The notes beneath the pieces are model-generated. The model did not search any database. It saw nothing but the letters and a program-made list of their open reading frames with translations, and was not told the DNA's origin. A stretch of DNA of 64,000 bases, taken from positions 2,159-66,158 of the forward strand of contig CAIJYZ010000093.1 of the NCBI GenBank assembly GCA_903825015.1. The letters run 5' to 3'. This DNA comes from an uncultured Actinomycetes bacterium (GTDB lineage Bacteria; Actinomycetota; Actinomycetes; Nanopelagicales; Nanopelagicaceae). Shown one piece after another: positions 7,621 to 18,532 of this stretch (position 1 is the stretch's first letter; each line of letters opens with the position of its first letter). The translations under genes were made by a program, and so were the position numbers.

Positions 7621-8745
7621 TTAGGGCAAAGTTACCAGGCAGGCAGTTCCATCGGCATTAGTAACTTTGTTATCGGCTAACCAGTTGCGTTGGATCAGAT
7701 ACTCAAGTCCGCCTAAAACGACATTTGCTAAACCACCTTTACTGTTTGTAAAAGTAGTCCCAAATGTCCATGCGCACTTATCGGCATTTTCGGCGCCTTT
7801 AGCGTCATACCATGTTCGCAAATCTGGATCTGTAAGCGCTTCATCAATCTCGTGCACAAGGACCGAAGTCATCGCATCTAATTGAGGATCGCCATTTGGA
7901 CTTAATGTACTTTGCTTGGCACAAGCTGAAAGGTAATTGCTCTGGAAATCTTGAATTGCAACGTACGGCGTATTTACATATTTTGTTGTATTAACAGTTA
8001 ACGTTCCGATTGAGTGCCATCCGCAGTAAGCAGTTCCAAAGCCAGAAGATAAACGGGTGTTGTTTGCACCTAGATAAACATAAAGTGGCTTAGAACCTGC
8101 AGCGATAACTTTTGATTTCAAAGCTGTGCTGATGTAAGTAGCAACATTTGCATCACTCACTTGAAATATTCCACTCTTTACGGTTCCAGTTGCTGGAATT
8201 GTTGAACTGGCAACTGCTGGCCAAGTTAAGGATGGAGCATTTGTAGGAAAGTACCCAAGATTGGTATTTAAAACATGTCCGACTGAATTAATGCTTCCTG
8301 AATTTAATGAGGTAACTAAATTACCCAAGACTCGGTTCCAGTTGGCTTTTCTGGTTGCATCCCAAGTTCCAACCCAAACAGGAATAATTTGAACTGCGCC
8401 GGTGTAGACATGCAAAGGTCCTGTAGAACGATAAAGGATTGGGCTTGCCGCAATTGAACCAATAACAGCTGCAGCCGCTTTTGAATTTTGTTTATTCCAC
8501 TTTTGCCACTCAAGCTCAGCATTGGCATCATCATTATTCACGTAAGAGTTTTGGTTCTGTGAAGCTCCAGCTGCCGGGGTTCCTGTTAAGTTAGCAATCG
8601 GGTGACCGTGTGAACGAATTGTTGATCCCGTAAAATCATTTTCAGATTTTTTCTCGTTCTCACCTGCTGCCGCTCCTTGCAATGAAAGTAGGGTGATTCC
8701 CACGCATACAAATCCCGCAACAATTTTTCCAAAATTCTTATTCAA
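7621..8745 (-). CDS. Secreted Phi-1/EXORDIUM-like protein
   Basis: Signal peptide; YCGWH, SPNGD..LDAMTSVLVHEIDEALTDP..WYD..GAENADKC, YLIQRNW; probable TTG start after GGAGAG. Confidence 0.75.
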   Translation of the reverse strand: MNKNFGKIVAGFVCVGITLLSLQGAAAGENEKKSENDFTGSTIRSHGHPIANLTGTPAAGASQNQNSYVNNDDANAELEWQKWNKQNSKAAAAVIGSIAASPILYRSTGPLHVYTGAVQIIPVWVGTWDATRKANWNRVLGNLVTSLNSGSINSVGHVLNTNLGYFPTNAPSLTWPAVASSTIPATGTVKSGIFQVSDANVATYISTALKSKVIAAGSKPLYVYLGANNTRLSSGFGTAYCGWHSIGTLTVNTTKYVNTPYVAIQDFQSNYLSACAKQSTLSPNGDPQLDAMTSVLVHEIDEALTDPDLRTWYDAKGAENADKCAWTFGTTFTNSKGGLANVVLGGLEYLIQRNWLADNKVTNADGTACLVTLP

Positions 8746-8843
8746 AGCAGCTCTCCCCGTTTGATTTGCGCCAAGTATCGCCAAAGATCGGGCGTAATCG
8801 GCTTACGAATCAAGAATTAAGAGGGGATATCTCTTCTGTGAAT

Positions 8844-10172
<1,329 letters not shown>

Positions 10173-10178
10173 TTAAGT

Positions 10179-11372
10179 CTAACGGATAGTGAAGGTTGGA
10201 ATTTTCTTCGATAACGCTGGAACGATGCCCCATTGTGTGGTGATTTCGCGATACCGATCGATATCTAGTGAGTCTGATTGCGCTCCAGTCTTAACTGCGC
10301 GAATCATGATATTTCGAGGAGTGTGTTCTCCTCCAATGAATTCAATAATTTCTACTCGATAACCAATGATCCTAAGAATCTGAGCGCGCAAAGCATCTGT
10401 TAAGAGGTCACCCATGCGCTCTTTCATTACACCGAACTTTGTTATTGCACCCCATGGCTCAGGCGACTGATCCATCTGTTTTTGAATATCGTGATGGCAA
10501 CATGGTGCAACCAGAAGTAATGTTGCGCCGCCATTTACCGCCCAAGCAATTGCATCATCTGTTGCCGTGTCACATGCATGAAGAGCGATTGCAACATCGG
10601 CGGACTGAGTAGAAGCATTTGCTATTTCTTCTGCGGTAAATGTGATCGTGTCTGCGATCCCAAGAGATTTCGCAATTGCATTATTTCGATCGCGAGATGC
10701 TGGGCGAATATCTATTCCCGTAACATGCACGGGCATTCCGATACTTCGTAAATATTGATGTGCTGCAAAAGTTAAATATGCGTGGCCACAACCCAGATCA
10801 ACTATTGATAATGGTTTCTCATGACTTGGTTTTGAAATCTGACCCGCCTCAATTGCTGAATTTAGGGCAGGGACAAGTAAGCGAAGAAACTCCTCGACTT
10901 GTTTGTACTTATCGTTCTTCGACGGCTTAATCTGACCTTTGTGATCGGCGATTCCAACTTCAAGTAAAAATGGATCCGATGGATCAAGTAATCTCTCTTT
11001 TTTCTTATCGTGGACCAAATTCTGTTCCAGTGATTGTGTTGCGAAATGAACCTGGGCATCACCACTTTTGGTGATGCGAATACTCATCGAACCTTCGGTG
11101 GTATCGATGGTGAAGTTGGCATATCCACTAGACAAAAGCTCCATAACTTTCATGCCGTCAGGTGAGATGTTCTTCGTGGTTGTTGCACGGCCATCGTTGT
11201 AAGTAAGTTGAAGAAGGATGGATTCTTTAATAGCAACAGGGCGAATATCAATTCGCTCATGCTCGGTTTGCATGTTACGACGCCGCCCAGAAAGTACAAC
11301 CCTGACAAGCTGGTCGGTGTTAATGATTCGAGTGCAGGCTGCCTCGAAGGCTTGATCAATATTTTCTGGCAT
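10179..11372 (-). CDS. SAM-dependent methyltransferase (Methyltransf_32-like)
   Basis: VDLGCGHAYLTF, ALHACDTATD, APCCH, EHTPRN. Confidence 0.85.
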   Translation of the reverse strand: MPENIDQAFEAACTRIINTDQLVRVVLSGRRRNMQTEHERIDIRPVAIKESILLQLTYNDGRATTTKNISPDGMKVMELLSSGYANFTIDTTEGSMSIRITKSGDAQVHFATQSLEQNLVHDKKKERLLDPSDPFLLEVGIADHKGQIKPSKNDKYKQVEEFLRLLVPALNSAIEAGQISKPSHEKPLSIVDLGCGHAYLTFAAHQYLRSIGMPVHVTGIDIRPASRDRNNAIAKSLGIADTITFTAEEIANASTQSADVAIALHACDTATDDAIAWAVNGGATLLLVAPCCHHDIQKQMDQSPEPWGAITKFGVMKERMGDLLTDALRAQILRIIGYRVEIIEFIGGEHTPRNIMIRAVKTGAQSDSLDIDRYREITTQWGIVPALSKKIPTFTIR

Positions 11373-11375
11373 CAG

Positions 11376-12131
11376 TTACTTCGGCGCAATTACCGCTGTG
11401 CCCTTTTCATGAGAGAAGATTGTCAAAGTATGGTTTGGCAAGGCTTGAGCAAAACCTTCAGCTAACTCTCTCTCACCATCGCGATTCACATCATCAATAA
11501 CTATGACTGCCTTTGGTGAGAGCTTAGAAATGAACTCAACTAATGCTGGCTTTCGAGCTTGTGGATTTTTCGAACCTGGTGGGCCATCAATGATAAGTAA
11601 ATCAATCCGCTTTAAATCTGTAAGTTTCGACAGGTCATACCAATCAGAACCTGATGCATGGTTTGTTAGTTCAGCTACGCGAACTTCGACGCCTCGAACC
11701 TTGTGATCTCTAATAATTTCTCGAGTTTTTTCAGCAAACTCTTCAGAGTTATCAATGCTTACTACTTTCCTTGCTCCTGCTTTTGCAACTATAAGTGTCG
11801 AAACGCCAGATCCCAGTTCAACAACTAACTTAGGTTTATGCGCGCGTACCAATTGAGCGAGGGTTAATAATAAATCGGGTGACGCAGCCCAACTGCGAGT
11901 AGGTGGAACCACAGCATCAAATTTCAAAAGTGAGAGCAGCTGGGTGAAAGCCTCGCTCTGACGATATGACTGCCAATTCGCAGCCTGTAACTCCTTGGTT
12001 GCTGCAGCTATTTCACGGGTCGTGCGCTCTGATCTTTGAATCACTTTGCGGTGAAGTGATCGCAATAATCGGATGCAGTAAGCCAGGCCAAAAAAAATGC
12101 CGACTAAAAGAATCGCTGTAAGTGAGTTCAC
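11376..12131 (-). CDS. Membrane-anchored class I SAM-dependent methyltransferase
   Basis: N-terminal TM helix; VVELGSGVST, LLIIDGPP, IVIDD. Confidence 0.8.
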   Translation of the reverse strand: MNSLTAILLVGIFFGLAYCIRLLRSLHRKVIQRSERTTREIAAATKELQAANWQSYRQSEAFTQLLSLLKFDAVVPPTRSWAASPDLLLTLAQLVRAHKPKLVVELGSGVSTLIVAKAGARKVVSIDNSEEFAEKTREIIRDHKVRGVEVRVAELTNHASGSDWYDLSKLTDLKRIDLLIIDGPPGSKNPQARKPALVEFISKLSPKAVIVIDDVNRDGERELAEGFAQALPNHTLTIFSHEKGTAVIAPK

Positions 12132-12140
12132 TGGTTAAGT

Positions 12141-13289
12141 CTAAGTGCGTGGAAGATGAACTTCAATCGCAAGGCCGCCTAATTCACTTTGACGAAGAGT
12201 AAATGTGCCCTGGTGTCTTTCAATTACCGCGCTCATAATGCTCATTCCAAGTCCTGTGCCCCCGTTATCGCGCGAACGAGAACGATCAAAGCGCTTTAAA
12301 CCACGGATTTTTTCACCATAAGAATCAATTGGAAGCCCAGGTCCACTGTCCTCAATAACTATAGATATCTCTTTGCCTGCCTTAACTGTGACTCTTACTT
12401 GAGTTCCGGCAGGTGTATGTAATCGAATATTAGTAAATGCATTTGCTACGAATCTCTGCAGATATTTCTCCGAGCCCATTAGTAAAGCTGGATCATCTAT
12501 CTGTGCAGATATTGAGTGGGATGTAGCAATCGCTTCGAAGTCGGTGATATTTTCCTTAATAATCTTTGCGATGTTAGTACTCTCAAAATCTATATTTCCT
12601 TCTTCACCGAGTTGCGCCAGCATAAGCAGGTCAGCAATAAGTAGATCCATTCTTTTTAGCTCGCTGTTCAATCGATCAAATGCAGCACTTTCACGCTCTG
12701 GATCTAACTTTTTGCTTTTTAGAAGTTCGGCATAACCTTTAACGACGGTCATAGGAGTACGTAGCTCATGCGCTGCATCACCAAGAAACTCTTGCATTTT
12801 TGCGCGCTGTGCACGTTCCTGAGAAAGTGCCCCAGAGCGAGAGACAAAGACTGAAACGATTGATGCCAGAATATTTGCGATAATTATAAAAACAATCAAT
12901 CTCCACAAGTTGCGATGGAGTGAATTATTTATATCGGTCAACGAACTAGAAACTATTAGTTCATCGCCCTCTGGAATTGGAATGTGTCGAATCCTTACAT
13001 TTTTGCCAGAAATTGGGGTTCCGTTTGATTCACGTAAAATAGTCAGTTCACCAGAAGTTGTTGCGAATGCCAGCGTAAAGTCAAAATTATTCTGTTCGAT
13101 ACTTAGTAAAGCAATACTGACTGCATCGACTGGGTTGCTTCGAATATCGGACTCCAGTTGATTTAGATTGCGATCGATGATGGCAATCTCTCCTTGGTGT
13201 GCACTCCAGATTGCAAAGCCGCCAATAACTATGGAAAGAATCGAAGTAATTACAGCAGTTGCGAAAAGCTGTTTTGTTCTATTACGCAT
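12141..13289 (-). CDS. Sensor histidine kinase (HisKA + HATPase)
   Basis: Two TM helices, DAAHELRTP H-box, DSGPG, GGTGLGMSI. Confidence 0.92.
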   Translation of the reverse strand: MRNRTKQLFATAVITSILSIVIGGFAIWSAHQGEIAIIDRNLNQLESDIRSNPVDAVSIALLSIEQNNFDFTLAFATTSGELTILRESNGTPISGKNVRIRHIPIPEGDELIVSSSLTDINNSLHRNLWRLIVFIIIANILASIVSVFVSRSGALSQERAQRAKMQEFLGDAAHELRTPMTVVKGYAELLKSKKLDPERESAAFDRLNSELKRMDLLIADLLMLAQLGEEGNIDFESTNIAKIIKENITDFEAIATSHSISAQIDDPALLMGSEKYLQRFVANAFTNIRLHTPAGTQVRVTVKAGKEISIVIEDSGPGLPIDSYGEKIRGLKRFDRSRSRDNGGTGLGMSIMSAVIERHQGTFTLRQSELGGLAIEVHLPRT

Positions 13290-13294
13290 CGAGC

Positions 13295-13978
13295 TTACTT
13301 AGGCTCCTGGATTTGAAATCCCACTCCACGTATCGTTTTGATTCCTTCAAAACCATCTCGGTGTAACTTCTTTCGAAGATAAGAAATGTAAGTGTCTACA
13401 ACGGTACTTTCGGACTCAAAAGTGATTCCCCAGACTTCATCTAGCAAGAGATTCTTACTCAGAACTCTTCCCTTCTTTTCAATAAGTATCTGAAGTAAAC
13501 GATATTCAGTTGGAGAAAGATCAACTTCGTCGCCATTAAAAGTAACTAAATGCTGATCATCATCTATGGAGATTGGACCACAAGTGAGCAAGGTCGGAAC
13601 GTCGACGTTCTTAGTTGATCTGCGCAAAATAGCTTTAATTCGAAGAATTAACTCTTCAATTCCAAATGGTTTTACAACATAATCATCGGCGCCGATTTTT
13701 AATCCTCTGGTGATATCGGCTTTATCCTCACGGGCGGTCAGCATTAATACAGGTGTTAAATCCCCCGTAGAGCGAAGCCGTTCTACAAGTTCAAAACCAT
13801 CCATCAGGGGCATATTGATATCAATAACCAGAAGGGCGGGCTTGTGGGTGCGCAAGAGAGTTAAGGCCGACATCCCATCAGTTGCTTCGACGGTCTCAAA
13901 ACCGGCGATGCGAAGAGTGTCATTGACCAGGGCGCGCACGCCTGGTTCGTCATCCACGATCATTATGAGTTCAGCCAT
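13295..13978 (-). CDS. OmpR/PhoB-family response regulator
   Basis: IVDDE, DINMP, GADDYVVKPF, winged helix VVDTYISYLRKK..IRGVG. Confidence 0.95.
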   Translation of the reverse strand: MAELIMIVDDEPGVRALVNDTLRIAGFETVEATDGMSALTLLRTHKPALLVIDINMPLMDGFELVERLRSTGDLTPVLMLTAREDKADITRGLKIGADDYVVKPFGIEELILRIKAILRRSTKNVDVPTLLTCGPISIDDDQHLVTFNGDEVDLSPTEYRLLQILIEKKGRVLSKNLLLDEVWGITFESESTVVDTYISYLRKKLHRDGFEGIKTIRGVGFQIQEPK

Positions 13979-14038
13979 GGGCTCACTCTTTCATGGTGTT
14001 GGCCCTTTTCCAATAAATATTAGAAAAGTAGAGGCGTT

Positions 14039-14071
14039 TCACAGAATAATCACAACCCTCGGATGCATTAT
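14039..14071 (+). promoter_or_regulatory. Putative OmpR-type direct-repeat box and -10 element
   Basis: TCACAG-n5-TCACAA (11-nt period), 10 nt, CATTAT, 6 nt, ATG 14078. Confidence 0.45.
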
Positions 14072-14077
14072 TTGGCT

Positions 14078-14629
14078 ATGAAATTCAAGGGGCTCGCACT
14101 GCTGGGATTAATCTCGGCACTGCTTTTGAGCTCGGCATCCCCGTCATTTGCCGATCGGACTGCCTCTCCATCACCTTCTGCTTCTGCCACTTCTGATTTT
14201 CAATCTTTGATGGATCAATATAAAGAAAATCTAGATCAATATCGAATCATTCAGATATCTGGTATTAATTCGCAAGTATTGCCTGTTCAGATTAAAACTA
14301 TCAACGATTTTTATCGCTTTCTTCAGGATTCGCGCGATGAGTTAAGGCTCCAAATTAATCGCACTTTTATGGATTCAGTCGATAAGGCAAACAAAGAGGC
14401 CCGCTCTGCTTTGAAATCAGCAAAAAGTGCATCAGCGAAAAACGATGTCATCTCTAAGCAGAAAATCGCCGTTACTGCAGCTAGCGTGACGAGGGATACG
14501 GCAATACTGGCTCTCGGAGCCTTGCCTTCTCCACCAGCCAAGCCACTCAAGCAGGGCGAAGCTCAAACTTTAAATAAAACAAAATCGAAGAAAGCCTCTC
14601 CTACTCCAACGAGTGAATCCGAACACTGA
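14078..14629 (+). CDS. Secreted helical hypothetical protein
   Basis: Signal peptide (SFA), S/P-rich linker, coiled-coil-like core, basic tail. Confidence 0.7.
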   Translation: MKFKGLALLGLISALLLSSASPSFADRTASPSPSASATSDFQSLMDQYKENLDQYRIIQISGINSQVLPVQIKTINDFYRFLQDSRDELRLQINRTFMDSVDKANKEARSALKSAKSASAKNDVISKQKIAVTAASVTRDTAILALGALPSPPAKPLKQGEAQTLNKTKSKKASPTPTSESEH

Positions 14630-14642
14630 CTATCGTTAGGCT

Positions 14643-15020
14643 ATGAAGAAGTTCAATTTGTGGCTAGCTGGAAAAATTGCTGATGGTGTTGCAACGATGT
14701 GGTGTGCATATCTATTTGCCGCCATCGCACTTATTTCACTTCCGAAAGCAATTAGCTCTGGCGACTCAATTGTTATTGTTTCTTGGGTAGCTCAGACTTT
14801 CCTCCAGCTAGTTCTTCTATCGATAATCATGGTTGGGCAAAAAGTACAGTCTCAAAGCGTTGAAGAAACTATAAATGAGACTCACTCAGCTTCACTTGCA
14901 GAGTTTGAATTGGCCAAGGAAGCGCGGGGAATTGCCCATGCTGAACTCGCAGAGCTGCATCAACTCTCGAAAGATATGCACAGATTAATGCGTGAGGTCG
15001 AAGCCAAACTCAAGAGTTAA
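14643..15020 (+). CDS. Small membrane protein, DUF1003-like
   Basis: GVATMWCAYLF, QLVLLSIIMVGQ, coiled-coil C-terminus. Confidence 0.6.
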   Translation: MKKFNLWLAGKIADGVATMWCAYLFAAIALISLPKAISSGDSIVIVSWVAQTFLQLVLLSIIMVGQKVQSQSVEETINETHSASLAEFELAKEARGIAHAELAELHQLSKDMHRLMREVEAKLKS

Positions 15021-15105
15021 ATTGTTATAAAAGCGAGACCTGCCTGTGAAGGCTTTCAGTTTTCTTGCATTGCTCTCTGGAGCGCCCTTGTCCTAGGTTC
15101 GCATC

Positions 15106-16713
15106 ATGAAATCCTCACCCTGGTGGAAAGAAGCCACGATCTACCAGATTTACCCACGCTCATTTTTCGATAGCAATGGCGATGGTGAAGGCGACTTACC
15201 TGGAATTACATCCAATCTTGAATACGTGCAACAACTTGGTGTCGATGCAATTTGGCTAAGCCCTTTTTACACATCTCCAAATAAAGATGGCGGATATGAC
15301 GTCGCCGATCCACGGGATGTTGATCCTCGATTCGGAGATCTAGAAGATGCTAAGAAATTAATTGATCGTGCGCACCAACTTGGTTTAAGGGTTTTGGCAG
15401 ATATCGTTCCCAACCACTTTTCTGATCAGCACATTTGGTTTCAAGCAGCTTTAAAAGCTGGCCGTGGCTCTGCCGAGCGTGCCCGTTTTCATTTTTATGA
15501 TGCAAATTCAGATGGAACTCCGCCAAATAATTGGATTTCACTTTTCGGCGGCCCATCATGGACACAAGTAGAAGATGGCCAGTATTACCTTCATTTATTT
15601 GACTCATCACAACCTGATTTGAACTGGGACAACCCTGAAGTAAATGCAGATTTTGAAAAGACCCTCCACTTTTGGATTGATCTCGGAGTCGATGGTTTCC
15701 GCATTGACGTGGCACATGGGCTTGTAAAAGAAGATGTCTTAAAAAACCACCCTGATCCTCAAGGTTTGAGCAATGCATTACGCCTTGATGTTGATATGGA
15801 TCCAGAAAAGCGAAACTCCCTGTTACAAAGTGTTCCGTACTTTGATCGTCAAGGGGTGCATGAGATTTACCGCAAATGGCGATTGCTCTTTGATTCTTAT
15901 GGCGATCGCGAGATTATGGCCGTTGCCGAAGCTTGGGTACATCCTCCGGTCAATGCAACGCGTTATGTTCGCCCCGACGAACTTCATCAAGTTTTTAACT
16001 TTGATTTACTAACTGCAGATTTTGATGCATCGGTTCTCTACGATGTGATTGATAGATCAATTAATCTCAATGCAACTGTTAATGCACTGCCTACATGGGC
16101 ATTGAGCAATCATGACTCTCCTCGTGTTGCTTCAAGAATTGGCTCCGATCAAGCGCGCGCGCTTGCACTCTTCGTCTTTGGACTGCCTGGATCAACTTAT
16201 ATTTTTGCCGGCCAAGAACTTGGCCTACCCGATGGCGAACTTGCCGATTCAGATCGCCAGGATCCATCATTTTTTAGAACAAATGGCGAGATTAAAGGTC
16301 GAGACGGGGCCCGTGTTCCTATTCCATGGAACGGTGAAATAGCACCATTTGGTTTTTCTACTGGAAAGCCTTGGCTACCAATTTCACAGTCGTGGAGTGA
16401 GATGACTGTGGAAAAAGAAAGTAATGATGCAAAGAGCTCACTTCATCTTTACAAAAACGCTTTGGCGCTGCGTCGTGAACATTTATCTTCTCAAGGTGAA
16501 ATCGAATGGACCGAGTCACCACATCACGGCTTAAAATCCAATGAATTACTTTCCTATAAGCGCGGGGCAATTTCCGTCATCATGAATCTTAGTAATGAGC
16601 CTCAAGAGTGTGATGTTGCCGGCAAGCTCTTAGTTGTAAGCGCAGGCACGGTCGATGCTCATAATGGAAAGAAGGTAATTCCAGCACGTTCTTGTGCCTG
16701 GTTCATCTCTTAA
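15106..16713 (+). CDS. Alpha-glucosidase, GH13 (cytoplasmic)
   Basis: YQIYPRSF, DIVPNH, GFRIDVAHG, AEAW, SNHD. Confidence 0.93.
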   Translation: MKSSPWWKEATIYQIYPRSFFDSNGDGEGDLPGITSNLEYVQQLGVDAIWLSPFYTSPNKDGGYDVADPRDVDPRFGDLEDAKKLIDRAHQLGLRVLADIVPNHFSDQHIWFQAALKAGRGSAERARFHFYDANSDGTPPNNWISLFGGPSWTQVEDGQYYLHLFDSSQPDLNWDNPEVNADFEKTLHFWIDLGVDGFRIDVAHGLVKEDVLKNHPDPQGLSNALRLDVDMDPEKRNSLLQSVPYFDRQGVHEIYRKWRLLFDSYGDREIMAVAEAWVHPPVNATRYVRPDELHQVFNFDLLTADFDASVLYDVIDRSINLNATVNALPTWALSNHDSPRVASRIGSDQARALALFVFGLPGSTYIFAGQELGLPDGELADSDRQDPSFFRTNGEIKGRDGARVPIPWNGEIAPFGFSTGKPWLPISQSWSEMTVEKESNDAKSSLHLYKNALALRREHLSSQGEIEWTESPHHGLKSNELLSYKRGAISVIMNLSNEPQECDVAGKLLVVSAGTVDAHNGKKVIPARSCAWFIS

Positions 16714-16729
16714 ATGGCAGACTACGGCC

Positions 16730-17635
16730 ATGGAATCTACTTCGGCTTGGATCATCACAATTGCCGTTCTGGCTGGAATCATTCTTCTTGATTTAGGTGT
16801 GGCAGTAATTCGACGCAACAAAGAGACTTCCATGCTCGAAGCATCCTTTTGGACAGTTTTTTATATTGGAACAGCGATTATTTTCGGTGCATTGCTTCCA
16901 CACTGGTCTAGCGAACAAGGGCAAAAAGAGTTCTTTGCGGGCTGGCTGACTGAGTATGCACTCTCTGTGGACAATATCTTTGTATTTATAATTATTTTGG
17001 CAAGTTTAAAAGTCCAAAAAGAGTTACAACAGTTGGTGCTACTTCTAGGAATTATGCTGACAATCGCCATCCGCGGGCTCTTGATTCCACTTGGCGCGGC
17101 CTTGATATCTCGATTTGCCAGTATCTTCTTTCTATTTGGAATCTTCTTGATTTACACGGCATGGCAGTTGGCCAAAGAGAGTGAAGATGACGAGTGGAAA
17201 GAGGGCAAAGTCGTCGCCCTGTTAAAAAAACGTGGTTTTAGTACATTTGCAATTGCTCTTGTGGCGTTAGGTTTAACAAACTTAGTTTTCTCACTTGATT
17301 CAATCCCAGCAATCTTTGGTTTAACTAAAGATCCATACATTGTTACTACTGCAAACGTCTTTGCACTTATGGGTTTGCGTCAACTTTATTTCTTGCTTGA
17401 AGGATTGCTCGCCCGCTTGGTATACCTATCAAAAGGTCTTTCATTTATCTTAGGATTTATCGGTATCAAAATGATTATGGAAGCTTTTCATGGAATCGGA
17501 ATTGATGATATTGCTGGCGTGCACATTCCAGAAGTAAGCCTAGAAGTGAGCCTAGGTGTGATTATTGCCAGTTTAATTATTACAACAGTTGCCAGCCTTA
17601 CGGCTACCCGTAAAGATGGAAGCGAAATAATCTAA
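16730..17635 (+). CDS. TerC/Alx family membrane protein
   Basis: EYALSVDNIFVF, FSLDSIPAIFG, ANVFALMGLRQLYF. Confidence 0.92.
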   Translation: MESTSAWIITIAVLAGIILLDLGVAVIRRNKETSMLEASFWTVFYIGTAIIFGALLPHWSSEQGQKEFFAGWLTEYALSVDNIFVFIIILASLKVQKELQQLVLLLGIMLTIAIRGLLIPLGAALISRFASIFFLFGIFLIYTAWQLAKESEDDEWKEGKVVALLKKRGFSTFAIALVALGLTNLVFSLDSIPAIFGLTKDPYIVTTANVFALMGLRQLYFLLEGLLARLVYLSKGLSFILGFIGIKMIMEAFHGIGIDDIAGVHIPEVSLEVSLGVIIASLIITTVASLTATRKDGSEII

Positions 17636-17970
17636 ATAACTTCTTTATTACGCAATGTTTCGCGGTTGTGATCCTTGCCTTTTTCATGAAGTTTTCGAAT
17701 TTGCAATTCAAAAGTCTGCATCGCACTATCAAATGCCGCAACATCATTGAACTCTGAGGCATCTGCACGAAGCAAAGGCCCAGTTCCATGTGAAGTAAGA
17801 ATTACGCGATGTGAGTTTTTCCCCTGACGTGGGTTATTTTCATGGAGAACTTCAACTTCAACTCGGTCTATGACAACGCCGAAACGCTCCATAGTATTTA
17901 ATTTCTCTTCAACGATATCTCTGAAATCATCGGCTAAATCTGAATTGCGGGTATGAACATGTATCTTCAT
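17632..17970 (-). CDS. hpf: Short ribosome hibernation factor (HPF/RaiA, S30AE domain only)
   Basis: MKIHVHTRN..VEEKL..VEVEVLHENNPR..GPLLRA..AAFD..QIRKLHEK; 112 aa. Confidence 0.75.
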   Translation of the reverse strand: MKIHVHTRNSDLADDFRDIVEEKLNTMERFGVVIDRVEVEVLHENNPRQGKNSHRVILTSHGTGPLLRADASEFNDVAAFDSAMQTFELQIRKLHEKGKDHNRETLRNKEVI

Positions 17971-17972
17971 GT

Positions 17973-18356
17973 TTATAAGGGTAGTACTAAAACCACCGCT
18001 GTCGCTATGATCGCAAGCACAAAAGATTTCCCAATTATTCTTAGCGCTGTTGCGCGATCTGCTGCCTTACTTACAGGATCGCTGACTCGCGACAAATCTC
18101 CAAGCTTTCCAAAGTTAAATGTGCCAGCTAATCCGTATGCTAGACAAAATTTACTGCGAGCCTGAACATATCCAACAGCTGTAATCATCAGTGGTATAAA
18201 AATTCCAATACGCGCACTTCTTGGAGCGCTAACTGAAATCATCACTAAAAGTGATGCAATTGAAAAGAATAATCCGATGAATGCTACTGACTGCCTTCGG
18301 CGAATCTCTTTCTCGCCTATGTTGCAAGTTCCTGCGATATAGGTTGTATCAGGCAT
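17973..18356 (-). CDS. Hypothetical membrane protein
   Basis: YIAGTCNIG..EIRRR, three hydrophobic segments, QAR..FC; start reassigned to 18356. Confidence 0.7.
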   Translation of the reverse strand: MPDTTYIAGTCNIGEKEIRRRQSVAFIGLFFSIASLLVMISVSAPRSARIGIFIPLMITAVGYVQARSKFCLAYGLAGTFNFGKLGDLSRVSDPVSKAADRATALRIIGKSFVLAIIATAVVLVLPL

Positions 18357-18498
18357 CTTCAAATTCATCTTCGTCGATCCATGTATCTGCCGCTGAATCC
18401 TCTTGATGTTCAATCCAAGAAAGAAACGAACCAACAGCACGGAAAGCCAAAACGGCAACGGTTACCGCTGCAATAACTCGACGAAATGCTTTAACCAT
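18349..18498 (-). CDS. Small protein (49 aa), hydrophobic N-terminus and acidic tail
   Basis: MVKAFRRVIAAVTVAVLAFRAVGSFLSWIEHQEDSAADTWIDEDEFEDA; fills the gap and overlaps the next start. Confidence 0.55.
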   Translation of the reverse strand: MVKAFRRVIAAVTVAVLAFRAVGSFLSWIEHQEDSAADTWIDEDEFEDA

Positions 18499-18532
18499 GA
18501 GATAAAAATACTCTCTATTAGTCGATTGCGCC

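Noticed and set aside
16700-16729. yybP-ykoY (Mn) riboswitch upstream of terC
   Set aside because: Only 16 bp of intergenic space; the start looks leaderless
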